Source of the DNA: Actinomycetota bacterium
Lineage (GTDB): Bacteria; Actinomycetota; UBA4738; JACQTL01
Assembly: GCA_036394995.1 (NCBI GenBank)
Contig: DASWED010000060.1
Span: 4,001 to 68,000 of the forward strand
Reading direction: 5' to 3'
DNA length: 64,000 nucleotides
This document shows positions 18,056-28,200 of this stretch, in pieces; within the stretch, counting starts at the first letter, position 1, and every line of letters starts with the position of its first letter. Position numbers and translations under genes: made by a program. A model generated the notes under the pieces. The model was not told where the DNA came from, did not search any database, and saw only the letters and a program-made list of their open reading frames with translations.

Positions 18056-18720
18056 AGAACCCGCGCGAGATCGCCGCCGCCCTGTTCGATCTCGACGGGC
18101 TGGCCGTCGACTCCGAGCCGCTGCACGTGGAGGCGTGGCGGAGGGCCATGGAGGAGGCCGGCGCGGGGTGGGACCCGGCGTGGATCGACCCGTACTTCGG
18201 CACGCCGGTGTCGAACACGGCGGCCGGGCTGGCCCGGGACCACGGCCTCGAACCGGCCCGCGTGCAGGCCCTGCGCGATCGGGCGTTCGACGAGCTCACC
18301 GCCGGGGGGATCGATCCGCGGCCCGGGTTGGTCGAGACCGTGCGCATGCTCCGCAAGGGGCGGGTCCGGGTGGGCGTGGTGACCTCGGGAACGCGGACCT
18401 ACGTGGAACGCGCGCTCCACGGTTTGCAGGGCGTCCGGTTCGACGCCGTGGTCACCCGCGAGGACGTGCAGCACGCCAAGCCCCATCCCGAGCCGTACCT
18501 GCGGGGGGCCCAGCTGCTGCGCATCGAGCCCTGGCGGTGCGTGGCGCTGGAGGACGCGCCCACCGGGATCGAGTCGGCCGCCAAGGCGGGGATGCTCACC
18601 ATCGCCGTGCCGAACGAGCACACCGCGCGGATGGACTTCTCCCGGGCCGACGTGGTGGTCGCCGACCTGATGGAGGCGGCGACGTGGATCCTCGAGCGGG
18701 CCGGTTCGGATCCGTCGTAG
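18052..18720 (+). CDS. HAD-superfamily hydrolase (beta-phosphoglucomutase-like subfamily)
   Basis: ATGA overlap with the upstream gene. Motif I LFDLDGLAVDSE. Motifs VVTSG and EDAPTGIESAAKAGM. Confidence 0.85.
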   Translation: MKNPREIAAALFDLDGLAVDSEPLHVEAWRRAMEEAGAGWDPAWIDPYFGTPVSNTAAGLARDHGLEPARVQALRDRAFDELTAGGIDPRPGLVETVRMLRKGRVRVGVVTSGTRTYVERALHGLQGVRFDAVVTREDVQHAKPHPEPYLRGAQLLRIEPWRCVALEDAPTGIESAAKAGMLTIAVPNEHTARMDFSRADVVVADLMEAATWILERAGSDPS

Positions 18721-18756
18721 GACCGCCCCGGAACGGATCGTCCCGACCGCGAGGAG

Positions 18757-19119
18757 CTACGGCTCCCAGGCCAGCTCGATCACGTGACCGTCCGGGTCGA
18801 GGCACTTGCACCCGACGTAGTCGGGCGTGTCCTCGTCCTCCACGAGCTCGACTCCGTCCTCGACGAGGCGGGCCCGGAGTGCGCGAGCCTCGTCCGGCGT
18901 CTCCATCTCGAACCCGAAGTGGGGGAAGCCGGGGTCCCGTCGCGCGGCGTCCCCGGGCTCGGGCCCCAGGGCCAGGGAGAAGCCGTCGGCGCCCCTCACG
19001 ATGATGACTCCGTCCGGGTACCGTCTGGCGCTCTCCGGATCGAACCCGAAGTATCTGGCGTAGAACTCGATGGACCGATCCTGGTCCCGGACGCTGAGTG
19101 CCAGGTGGTTGAGCTTCAT
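18757..19119 (-). CDS. VOC/glyoxalase family protein
   Basis: 120 aa from MKLNHLALSVRDQDRSIEFY. Ends in the typical ...DPDGHVIEL. Confidence 0.85.
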   Translation of the reverse strand: MKLNHLALSVRDQDRSIEFYARYFGFDPESARRYPDGVIIVRGADGFSLALGPEPGDAARRDPGFPHFGFEMETPDEARALRARLVEDGVELVEDEDTPDYVGCKCLDPDGHVIELAWEP

Positions 19120-19138
19120 GCCGGACGCTCCTCCCGCT

Positions 19139-19489
19139 TCAGTACCGGTCGATCTCCCGGAGGCGTTCGTCGGAGATTCCGAAGAAGTGGGCCACCTCGT
19201 GGACCACGGTGTGCCGGACGTTGTGGCGGAGGTGGTCCTCGTCACGGCTGATCCGCTCGAGGTTCGCGCGGTACAGCGTGATCCGGTCGGGCAGGACGCC
19301 GAAGTAGCCGCCCCCGCGATGCGTGAGCGGCACCCCCTCGTACAGCCCGAGCAGCCCCCGCCGCCCCGGCGGGACCCGGTCCTCCACCAGGACGTCCACG
19401 TTCTCCAGACGGTCGTGAACCCACTGAGGGAGGCCGTCCAGGGCCTCGGCCACCAGTTCCTCGAACCGCTCCGGCGACGTCCGGATCAA
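19139..19489 (-). CDS. Small metallopeptidase-family protein (HExxH, DUF1025-like)
   Basis: 116 aa. Motif HTVVHEVAHFFG near the C-terminus. Confidence 0.75.
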   Translation of the reverse strand: MIRTSPERFEELVAEALDGLPQWVHDRLENVDVLVEDRVPPGRRGLLGLYEGVPLTHRGGGYFGVLPDRITLYRANLERISRDEDHLRHNVRHTVVHEVAHFFGISDERLREIDRY

Positions 19490-19496
19490 CGGGACA

Positions 19497-21377
19497 TCAG
19501 ATCCATCCCGAGAACCACACGCGGTCGTTCCGCGCGCTCGTCGACAGCGGATCGCCGGAGAGGAACGGCCAGAAGAACACGAACAGTCCCACCGCCACGA
19601 CCACGTAGGCCACGGCGACCGGGAGGAACGGGCGGGATCGGGACCCGGCGAGGTGGGCCCGGGCCGTGTCGCGGACCATGGAGGTGGCGCCGAGCACGAG
19701 GAACGGCGCGATCGGAGTGGCGTAGAAGAAGAACTGGACCTTCTCCAGGGAGTCGAACGGCCACGGCAGGTACCAGAACAGGTACTGCGACAGGATCGCC
19801 ACCAGGATGAACCCCGATCGCCAGTCCCCCCGGCGCCGCCACATCAGCGGGAGCCAGAACATCATCGGCACCCATAACCAGAAGATGGCCGGGTTGCCGA
19901 TCCCGACGACCTCCCGCCGGCGCTCGTCCGGCTTCCCGGCGTTGTCGGCCTTGTAGAAGTACGCCACCGGGCGGCCCATCACCAGCCACGACCACGGCCT
20001 CGACTGGTAGGGATGGGCCGGCGTGTACTTCCCGGTCTTGTCGTCCTTCACCTGCGCGTGGAGACCGCGATGGAACTTCTGCATCTCGTACGTCAGCGCG
20101 CCGAACCGGCTGGGGTGCTCGAGCCAGGAGTAGCTGAACCCCGGGTGGAACCGCGGGTACGGCGTGGGGTCGATCCGGCCCATGTACGTGAGCCCGTAGA
20201 CGAGGATCGGCACCACGAACAGGAACGCGAAGATCGGGAAGCTCTCCCGGACGATGGCCCGGCGAAGCGGACGGGCCACCCCGGCGCGCTTGCGGCGGGT
20301 CCGTTCCCAGGCCCACGACAGGATCATGGCTCCCGCCAACGCGGTGGCGGCGGACCACTTCACGGCGATGGCCGCCCCGAACGCGGCGCCGCAGGCGATC
20401 CGCCACGGCCGGAACAGCGGGGACGGGACCCTCACGGCCGGCGGTTCGGGGGCCCGGGGCTCGAGGATGTCGGGGCGGCGCGCGAGCGGGGAGTCCCCCG
20501 CCACCGACGCCAGGCCCAGGGCGCTTCCGGTCTGCGGTGCTCCCGGTGGAGCGGCGTCCGGTCGGCGCTGGAGGGCGGGCCGGGTCCAGGGCGGCGCCGC
20601 CGTGGAGGAACCGGGTGGGGCTGCCGGCAGCGCGTGCGCGACGACCGGCGGTTCCACCGCGGCGGGATCGGGCGGCGCCACCGGCGTTCGTCGCTCGATC
20701 CAGCGTTTGTCCAGCACCAGGAACAGGAACCCGGCGGTGACCCAGAACGCCTCGAAGATGTCGAGCAGGCTGGTCCGGGACTGCACCACCAGCAGGCTCT
20801 CGGTGGCGCCGAGGAGGCCCGCCACGAACGCCCACAGGGCACTCCGCCACAGGACCAGGGCGATCGCCGCGATGAGCACCGCGGTCAGCGTGCCGATGAA
20901 CGCGGCCGAGACGCGCCATCCGAACGGCCGATTCCCGTACAGACGGATCCCGGCCGCGATCATCCACTTTCCGAGTGGCGGATGGACCCACGACTGCTCG
21001 GTGTCCCCGGTGAGCTCGCAGTCCTTGTACGGGAAGCCGGCGTACAGGCAGCCGTCCTTCGTGTAGTAGACCTCGTCGAACACCCGGTCGTGGATCTGCC
21101 CCAGGTGGTGGAAGCGGGGCACCGCGGCGATGATGGCGACCGCCATGAGCACCACCACGGGATTGCCCACGACGCGGAGCACGGGCCGCCACCGCGACGG
21201 ACGGCGGTGGGCACGGGCCCGCGCGGCGTCCTCCGGTTCCGGCGGCCGTCCGCTCGTGGTGTCCCGGTCCGTGGTGGCCACGCCGGAGTACGACGGCGCG
21301 GAGGGCCGTTCCGTTTCGCCGTGGTCGGGATCGGGAGGCGGGGCGTGATCCACCGCTCGATGGTACGCGAGCCTCAC
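19497..21377 (-). CDS. pmt: Protein O-mannosyltransferase (GT39/PMT family)
   Basis: 626 aa, many TM segments. Loop-1 DE motif VFDEVYY. Divergent from rsmI, as in other actinobacteria. The N-terminal 70 aa are low complexity, so the start is uncertain. Confidence 0.8.
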   Translation of the reverse strand: MRLAYHRAVDHAPPPDPDHGETERPSAPSYSGVATTDRDTTSGRPPEPEDAARARAHRRPSRWRPVLRVVGNPVVVLMAVAIIAAVPRFHHLGQIHDRVFDEVYYTKDGCLYAGFPYKDCELTGDTEQSWVHPPLGKWMIAAGIRLYGNRPFGWRVSAAFIGTLTAVLIAAIALVLWRSALWAFVAGLLGATESLLVVQSRTSLLDIFEAFWVTAGFLFLVLDKRWIERRTPVAPPDPAAVEPPVVAHALPAAPPGSSTAAPPWTRPALQRRPDAAPPGAPQTGSALGLASVAGDSPLARRPDILEPRAPEPPAVRVPSPLFRPWRIACGAAFGAAIAVKWSAATALAGAMILSWAWERTRRKRAGVARPLRRAIVRESFPIFAFLFVVPILVYGLTYMGRIDPTPYPRFHPGFSYSWLEHPSRFGALTYEMQKFHRGLHAQVKDDKTGKYTPAHPYQSRPWSWLVMGRPVAYFYKADNAGKPDERRREVVGIGNPAIFWLWVPMMFWLPLMWRRRGDWRSGFILVAILSQYLFWYLPWPFDSLEKVQFFFYATPIAPFLVLGATSMVRDTARAHLAGSRSRPFLPVAVAYVVVAVGLFVFFWPFLSGDPLSTSARNDRVWFSGWI

Positions 21378-21406
21378 CGGCTGGGCGGGCTTTCGGGGCC
21401 GACGCG

Positions 21407-22258
21407 ATGAGCGGACCGGGGACGCTGCTCGTGGTGGGGACGCCGATCGGCAACCTGGGCGACGTCACCGACCGCATGCGCGAGGCCCTGGGCACGGTGG
21501 ACATCGTGGCCGCCGAGGACACCCGTCGAACGGGGTCCCTCCTGGCCCGGCTGGGGGTGGTGGCGCCGCGGTTCGTGTCGCTGTTCGAAGGGAACGAGCG
21601 GGACCGAACGGTGGAGCTGGTGGGCGAGCTCCGGCGGGGCCGCTCGGTGGCCCTCGTCTCCGACGCCGGGATGCCCACCGTCTCCGACCCCGGGTTCCGC
21701 CTGGTCCGGGCCTGCGCCGAGGCGGGCATCGACGTCCGGGTGGTCCCCGGGCCCTCGGCGGTGCTGGCCGCCCTGGTGGTCTCGGGTCTGCCCACCGACC
21801 GGTTCGTGTTCGAGGGATTCCTCCCGCGGCGCGGCGAGGACCGCCGGGCCCGGCTGGAGGCGCTGGCGCCGGACCCCCGGACCCTGGTCCTGTTCGAATC
21901 GCCCCGACGAGTGGTGGGGACGCTCGATGACCTGGCGGTGGCGCTGGGCGACCGGCCCGCGGCCGTGTGCCGCGAGCTGACCAAGCTGCACGAGGAGGTC
22001 CTGCGGGGTCCGCTCACCGAGCTGGCCGGGGAGCTCCGCCGCCGGGGAGAGGTCCGGGGCGAGATCGCGATCGTGGTGGGCGGCAGCACCGGGGAGTCGG
22101 CCGCGGAGGTCGATCCCGTGTCGCTGGCGGAGGCCGCCCGGGAGCTGGTGCGGGCCGGGGTCCGCCGCCGCGAGGCCGCCGCCGAGGTGGCCCGCCGGCA
22201 CGGCGCCTCCACGAACGAGGTGTACCGCGCCCTCCTGGCCCTCGACCGCGAGGGCTGA
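21407..22258 (+). CDS. rsmI: 16S rRNA (cytidine1402-2'-O)-methyltransferase
   Basis: 283 aa. Motifs LLVVGTPIGNLGDVT...AAEDTRRT. Confidence 0.9.
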   Translation: MSGPGTLLVVGTPIGNLGDVTDRMREALGTVDIVAAEDTRRTGSLLARLGVVAPRFVSLFEGNERDRTVELVGELRRGRSVALVSDAGMPTVSDPGFRLVRACAEAGIDVRVVPGPSAVLAALVVSGLPTDRFVFEGFLPRRGEDRRARLEALAPDPRTLVLFESPRRVVGTLDDLAVALGDRPAAVCRELTKLHEEVLRGPLTELAGELRRRGEVRGEIAIVVGGSTGESAAEVDPVSLAEAARELVRAGVRRREAAAEVARRHGASTNEVYRALLALDREG

Positions 22259-22259
22259 T

Positions 22260-22670
22260 CTACTTCGACGGCGGCGCCGGCGGCTGCGCCACCACGAACG
22301 TGCCGTCCATCGAGGGATGCACGTCGCACTGGAAGCGGTAGGTCCCCGCGTCGAGCGCCGGAACCCGATACGTCTCGGTCTTCACGCCGGAGAAGCGCTC
22401 GCCCGTGAACAGCGCGTCCGACGCGGCATCCGAGGAGATCGAGAGGTTGTGCGGCGTCCCGCCGTCCTCGTTGTCGAACGCGATCGTGAGCGGCCGATCG
22501 GCCGGCGCCGCCAGACAGTCGGTGTCGAACGAGACGTTCCTCGCCGTGATCCGGAGGGCCGGGCCGTGCGGCGTGCACGTCGCCGTCCCGTCCCCTCCGC
22601 CACCGCTGCTGCATGCGGCCAGCGTCATCGCCAATCCCGCGCCGAGCGCGAGCGTCCAGACCTTTCGCAT
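22260..22670 (-). CDS. Cupredoxin (type-1 blue copper) lipoprotein
   Basis: 136 aa. Lipobox LAAC after a signal peptide. Copper ligands are plausible: H in TPHNL and C-x2-H-x2-M in QCDVHPSM. Confidence 0.75.
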   Translation of the reverse strand: MRKVWTLALGAGLAMTLAACSSGGGGDGTATCTPHGPALRITARNVSFDTDCLAAPADRPLTIAFDNEDGGTPHNLSISSDAASDALFTGERFSGVKTETYRVPALDAGTYRFQCDVHPSMDGTFVVAQPPAPPSK

Positions 22671-22759
22671 CGGATGTGCCTTTCGTTGCTTGACGCGTGC
22701 CGGCTGCGCGTATGGACAGCCGGGCGCCGAGGGCGACCCAGCCTACCGATCGGCCGCCG

Positions 22760-22796
22760 GATTCGACCACGGCGAGGCGATTCGACCGGGGCGAGG
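22760..22796. repeat. Tandem direct repeat, 18-nt unit with 19-nt period, in a divergent intergenic region
   Basis: GATTCGACCACGGCGAGG (22760-22777) and GATTCGACCGGGGCGAGG (22779-22796) match at 16/18 positions. Confidence 0.6.
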
Positions 22797-22981
22797 TTGG
22801 CTTCCGCATGTGCGGCTGGTGTGTGACCGCGTCGCGTGCGGCGCGGTGCCCGCCCGGCAGGGGCCGGCCGAGCTGCGCCGCAGGGCGTTCCGGTGTATGA
22901 CCGCCTCCGAGCGCGGGCGATGGGCCCGCGGGTGCGTGAGGAGGGCGGCGGATGGAACGGGCGGGACGCGGTCGGGCGTAG

Positions 22982-23494
22982 GTGCTGGTGATGGGGATCG
23001 TGCTGGGCGCTCTGGTGGTGCCGCGGGTCGCGAGCGCCGTGGGGAGCTTCGTGACGATCCAGGGGCCCGGCGGGGGGAACAAGGCCACCGTGACGAAGGC
23101 GAACCAGCTGGAGGTGGCCGAGGCGCCGCCCTCCCAGTTCCGCGAGTTCACGAACGTCTCCACCGACTCGGCGTGCCATCCGCTCGCAACGATCCCCGGC
23201 AACAAGGGGTTCGTGGCGCGCTCGGCGACGCTCGTGGTGCTCACCGCGGCCTCCACCGGGTTCCCGATCGCCGAGGTCTTCCCGAACGGTTCGTGCGCGG
23301 GGTCGGACGTGGCGTCGACCACCACGGGGAACACCGGCAACCGCACGATGACGCTGGAGCCGGGTTTCGCCATCGCTCCGGGTGGTCACATGTCGATGAA
23401 GCTCGGCACGACGGGCGCGGTCGTGGCCGCCTACGTGTTCGGGTACCTCGTCCCGGCTGGCGACGTCCCGGCCACCACGCCGATCGGGAGCTGA
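22982..23494 (+). CDS. Secreted hypothetical protein
   Basis: 170 aa. N-terminal signal-like MLVMGIVLGALVVPRVASA. High GC3, two Cys, Thr/Gly-rich. The start could instead be ATG 22991. No recognisable family. Confidence 0.6.
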   Translation: MLVMGIVLGALVVPRVASAVGSFVTIQGPGGGNKATVTKANQLEVAEAPPSQFREFTNVSTDSACHPLATIPGNKGFVARSATLVVLTAASTGFPIAEVFPNGSCAGSDVASTTTGNTGNRTMTLEPGFAIAPGGHMSMKLGTTGAVVAAYVFGYLVPAGDVPATTPIGS

Positions 23495-23527
23495 ACCCCA
23501 CCTGGGCGCCGGTGGCGTCGAACCGGG

Positions 23528-24289
23528 TCAGTCGGTGGTGAGGTGGCCGGCGACCTCGTCCACCGGGCCGTCGGCCTCCACCACGCCGTCGCGGAACAGC
23601 ACCACGCGGTTCGCGTAGCGCAGCGCCTCAGGGTCGTGCGTGGCGGCCAGCACGGCGCCCCCCCGCCGGACCACGTCCCACAGCGCCTCCAGGATGATGT
23701 CGGCGTTCTCGGTGTCGACCTCGGCGATGGGTTCGTCCGCCAGGACGACGTCCGGCTCGGTGATGAGCGCCCGCGCGACGGCGACTCGCTGCTGCTGGCC
23801 CGCGGAGAGCTCGAACGTCCGGTTGTCCAGTCGGTCGCCGAGGCGGAGGCGCCGCAGCCACTCGGCGGCGCGTTCCCGGGCCAGGCGAGGGGTCTCGCCC
23901 GAGACGCGCAACGGCAGCTCGACGTTCTCCACCGCGGACAGCGCCGGCAGGAGCCCGAAGCTCTGGAAGACGATGCCCATCCGGCGCTGCCGGAGGTCGA
24001 CCAGGGCCTGCCCGCCGAGCGCTCCGAGGAGCTCGCCTCGCCACCGGACCTCGCCGGTGTCGGGCTGGTCGAGCCCCGCGAGGACGCCGAGGAACGTGGT
24101 CTTGCCGGACCCCGAGGGCCCCATCAGCGCCACGAAGTCCCTCGGCCACAACGCGACGGAAGCCCCCCGGACGGCCAGGACGCTCACTCGGCCGGGGTAC
24201 CGCCGGACCACGTCGTGCGCGGCGAGCAGCGGGACGCCCGCCGGCGCGGACACCACCGACACGTCCGTCGGCGGCCCGGGCTCAGCCAC
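23528..24289 (-). CDS. ABC transporter ATP-binding protein (second NBD gene)
   Basis: Walker A GPSGSGKTT, signature LSAGQQQR, Walker B VVLADEP, H-loop ATHD. GTG start overlaps the upstream stop by 8 nt. Confidence 0.9.
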   Translation of the reverse strand: MAEPGPPTDVSVVSAPAGVPLLAAHDVVRRYPGRVSVLAVRGASVALWPRDFVALMGPSGSGKTTFLGVLAGLDQPDTGEVRWRGELLGALGGQALVDLRQRRMGIVFQSFGLLPALSAVENVELPLRVSGETPRLARERAAEWLRRLRLGDRLDNRTFELSAGQQQRVAVARALITEPDVVLADEPIAEVDTENADIILEALWDVVRRGGAVLAATHDPEALRYANRVVLFRDGVVEADGPVDEVAGHLTTD

Positions 24290-25292
24290 GACGACCCTGG
24301 CCGCGTTCGTGTCGCCGCCGCAACCGAACCTCGTCGTCCTGCACCTCGGCCTCGACCTCGCCGCCCCGCAGGAGCCGCACGGCCTGGTCGGGGAGGTGCA
24401 TCTGCCCGTCCTGGGCCGGGCCCTCGATCACCAGGGCCTCGCGAGCCAGCCGACCGTCGCGCACCCGCACCATCCGGTCGCCCCGGGCCGCCGCCACCAG
24501 GTCGTGGGTCACCATGACGATCGTGGAGCCGAACTCCCGATTGACATCGCGGAACGCGCTGAGTACCCGATCCGCCGACGCGGTGTCGAGCTCCGCCGTG
24601 GGCTCGTCCGCCAGCAGCAGGGGCGGCATGTTCGCGAGGGCCACCGCGATGGCGGCCCGCTGCTGCTCGCCGCCGGAGAGCTCGTTCGGGCGGTGGCGGG
24701 CCCGTTCGGCGAGCCCCACCACCCCCAGCAGCTCCTCGATGCGGCTGCGGTGGGCCCGCTGTCCCTGGGCCAGGAGGGGCAGCCGCACGTTCTCGCGCAA
24801 GCTCAGGTAGGGGACCAGGTTGCGGGCGGTTCCCTGCCACACGAACCCGACCATGTCGCGGCGGTAGCGGGTGAGCTCTTCGTCGCCGAGGCGGCCGAGG
24901 TCGCGCCCCTCCACCAGGACCTCCCCGGCCGAGGCCCGGTCGAGGCCTCCGGTCAGGTTGAGGATCGTGGACTTGCCGGAGCCGCTGGGGCCGACCACCA
25001 TCAGGAACTCGCCGCGCTCGATGTCGAGGTCCACCCCCGCCAGCGCCACCACCCCGGTGTCGGCGACACGGTAGATCTTGTGCACGTGGCGGAAGCGCAC
25101 CAGGGGCTGCGCCGGTTCCTCGTCGGGTGCGGGCGTCGCGCGGTCGGGACGGTAGGCCACGCGGCTGCGCGGGCCCGCCGGCTGGATCTCGCCGGGCCGG
25201 GGCGGCCGGGTTCCCCGGGGGGCGGGCCGTCCGCGCGACCCGAACGCTCCTCGCGACGGCCGCTTCACCGCGGTCTCCTCATTCGGCCTCAC
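24282..25292 (-). CDS. ABC transporter ATP-binding protein (first NBD gene)
   Basis: Walker A GPSGSGKST, signature LSGGEQQR, Walker B LLLADEPT, H-loop VTHD. The low-complexity N-terminal ~60 aa make the start uncertain. Confidence 0.85.
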   Translation of the reverse strand: MRPNEETAVKRPSRGAFGSRGRPAPRGTRPPRPGEIQPAGPRSRVAYRPDRATPAPDEEPAQPLVRFRHVHKIYRVADTGVVALAGVDLDIERGEFLMVVGPSGSGKSTILNLTGGLDRASAGEVLVEGRDLGRLGDEELTRYRRDMVGFVWQGTARNLVPYLSLRENVRLPLLAQGQRAHRSRIEELLGVVGLAERARHRPNELSGGEQQRAAIAVALANMPPLLLADEPTAELDTASADRVLSAFRDVNREFGSTIVMVTHDLVAAARGDRMVRVRDGRLAREALVIEGPAQDGQMHLPDQAVRLLRGGEVEAEVQDDEVRLRRRHERGQGRRG

Positions 25293-28200
25293 CCCGAAGG
25301 ATCGAGGTCACCGAGGAGGTCAGGAGGGCGCGGATGGCGAGTGCCACGCCCAGGACCGTGGCGGCGGCGATGGCCAGGCCGTACACGCCGAGGGCCTGCC
25401 AGTCGAGCACCAGGATCGGCGGGGGGATCGCCACGCCGAGGCTCTTGCCGAAGTACGGCATCATCAGCCGCAGCACGCCGAACCCCAGCCCCAGTCCCGC
25501 CACGACCGCGAACCCGATGAGCAGGGCCTGTTCGATCAGGAGCACGGCGGCGATCGTCCGCCGCTTGGACCCCATGGCTCGCAGCGAGGCGAACTCGAAC
25601 TCCCGGCGACGCTGCGTGAAGTAGAGGGCCACCGCGACGCCGAGGATGATCAGGGCCATGCCGCCCGCCGCAGCCGTGAAGTGCATGCCCACCGCGAGGC
25701 TCTGGGGCAGCTGCGAGAGGAACTCCACCTGGGTGGATGCGCTCTTCTCCTGCCGGATGGCGAACCCGGCCCCCTTCAGGTCATCGCGCGGGTCGTCCCC
25801 CATCGACCACATCTCGTTCACGTTGATGCCGGTCTCGGGGACGCGGAGCGTGTCGATCAGGATCGGCCGCAGCGGCATGACCAGGAAGTCGCGGATGGCC
25901 GACGGGAAGTAGGTGGCGTTCCCGATGGAGCGGAACCGGAACCGCTGGCCCCCCACGTTCGCATCGAACTCCTGGCCGGGCGCCGCGACGGCACGGGACG
26001 TCAGCGCCGGGAGCGGGGGCTGGGGCGGGACGATGCCGCCCGCCACGTGGCCCACCCCCGGTTCGACGACGGCCCGGGCGTCCGGGCCCCGGGCCTCGAC
26101 GCGGGCGTCGGCGCCGCGCCACGTCAGCCCCTCCCACCCGCCCACCGGGACCGGGCTCGCCGCACCGCCCGCGATGGCCTGGACGCCCACCTCGAGCACC
26201 AGCCGGTCGGGTGAATGCGATCCGGGCTGCCGGATCACGAGCGACAGCAGCGAACGCGCCCCGCCCACCGGCACCGTGGTCTCCCGTTCGACATCGGTCA
26301 GCGGCCCAAGCTCGTGCGTCTCGACGGTGCCGTCCGTCCGGGCCGTCACCGCGGCCAGCGTCAGGCCCCGGGACCCCGGGCCTCGGGAGAGCGAAGCGCT
26401 GAAACGCACCCGCAGCTGGTCCGTTCCGTCCGGGAGCTCCACACCGGGGTCGGGCACCGAGAGCGCCCCGAGGAGCTCCTGCTCCGACTGCGTGGAGTAA
26501 TCGGCCCGCCACCACCCACCGGTCGCATAGGTCCCGGGGTCGATCGCGAGCGCCGTGGGGGGAAGGTCGAACGTGCGATGCAGGTCCACGTCGGTCCGGA
26601 TGAGCGGCGTGGTCCCGGACGGCAGCCCGGCCAGCGCCGGGAGCGGCTGGTGGGGAGCGGCGACCGCCACCTGGTGGTCGGCCCCGAGCTCCTGGTGTGC
26701 GGCGTCCTCGTGGTTGCGGATCACCGTGGCCCGGTACGACGTGGAGACGACCAGGAGTCCGAACGTCAGCAGCAGGAGCAGCGAGATGGCGAAGCTCTGC
26801 CCGGGCGACCGCCCCAGCCGCCGTCCGGCCAGGTACAGGGCCAGGGACCTGGTCCTCCCGATGGGCCGTTCGAGCGCGCGCAGGGTCCACAGCAGGAGGC
26901 GCAGGGCCAGGAACGACGCGGCGAAGATCAGCAGGGTGGGGGCGAACACGATCAGGGGGTCGAGGGACCCCTTCTCGGTCACCGGGAGGAAGCCCCTGGT
27001 CTTCACCTCGTAGAAGGCCGCGGCCCCCAGGGGAAAGACGAACAGCTCGACCGGAACTCGAGAGAGCAGCGGGCGTGCCTCGCGGGAGAGGTTCCGCCGC
27101 TCCTCGATGATGGTCCGGCGGATCACGGGGATCGACAGCAACAGCAGCACCGCGACCGCGGCGACCGCCCCGATTGCGCCCGCGATCATCGCCGGCGTCG
27201 ACAGGGCCACGATGTACCTCGTGCCGGGCGGGGTGGGCCCGTTCGCGTGGGTGGCCAGCCGGGCCAGGCCGGTGCCGATGGCCAGGCCCACGGGGTAGCC
27301 CAGGACGGCGGTGAGCACGACCTGGGCGGCCTGAGCCCCCACGAGCTTCCCCCTGGTGAACCCGCGACTGCGCAGGACGGCCAGCTCGAACGACTGCCGG
27401 GACAGCGCCAGCGAGGCGACGCCGGCGAGCACCGCCAGGGCCACGGCACCGATCTGGAACACCACCAGGTAGACCGGGATGCGGAGGTTCTCGGTGCGGT
27501 CCTGCACCGTCGCCAGGACCTCGGGGATGGCTGTCTGGAACCGCGCACCGGCGAGCGGCGTCCCGGACGCGAAGTGCAGGGCCCCGAGCTCACCGGGCAG
27601 CGACTCCGCCTCGGCGAAGCGGGTGTTCGCCAGGTCCAGATACACGTCCCACACGAACCGCGACGTCAGCCCCAGCCGGCCGGACAGCTGCATGTAGCCC
27701 TCCGGGGTGAGGATCGCGGGGAAGGGCTCGGTGGACTCCGGCGCCGGGAACGGGGACTGCGAGCCGTACCAGAAGTCGCTCGTGGGCCGGGACACGCGGC
27801 GGTACGTGCCGGTCACGGTGAGGGCCACGCGGACCTCCCCGGCTCCCGCGGCGATGACCGTGTCGCCGATCTCGAGGCCCATCGCGTCGGCCGAGTCCCG
27901 CTCCAGCAGGACCTCGTCGGGTGCCGTGGGCGCCCGGCCCGCGATCGTGCCGATCTGATCGAGCCCGCCGTCGCGGAACAGCAGCGGCGTGGATCGCTCG
28001 TTCGGGCCCGCGACCAGTCGCACGGTGGAGGTGCCCTCGCGCCTGATGACGCTCACCGGGAGCGCCGCCGCCGCCTCGTGCAGCTGGCGGTCCGCCGCGC
28101 CGTAGTCGAAGCCGGCACTCGCGAAGTCGGTGACCCGGACGTTCTTCACGGTGACGGCGGCGGTGTGGATGGCGGAGGAGAGGATGGCCTCGCGGGACGC

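Noticed and set aside
19486-23373. 1295-aa minus-strand ORF spanning pmt, rsmI, the cupredoxin gene and beyond
   Set aside because: It crosses several genes that have strong motif support in other frames or on the other strand. Its composition is dominated by R/P/G/A, so it is an artefact of GC richness.
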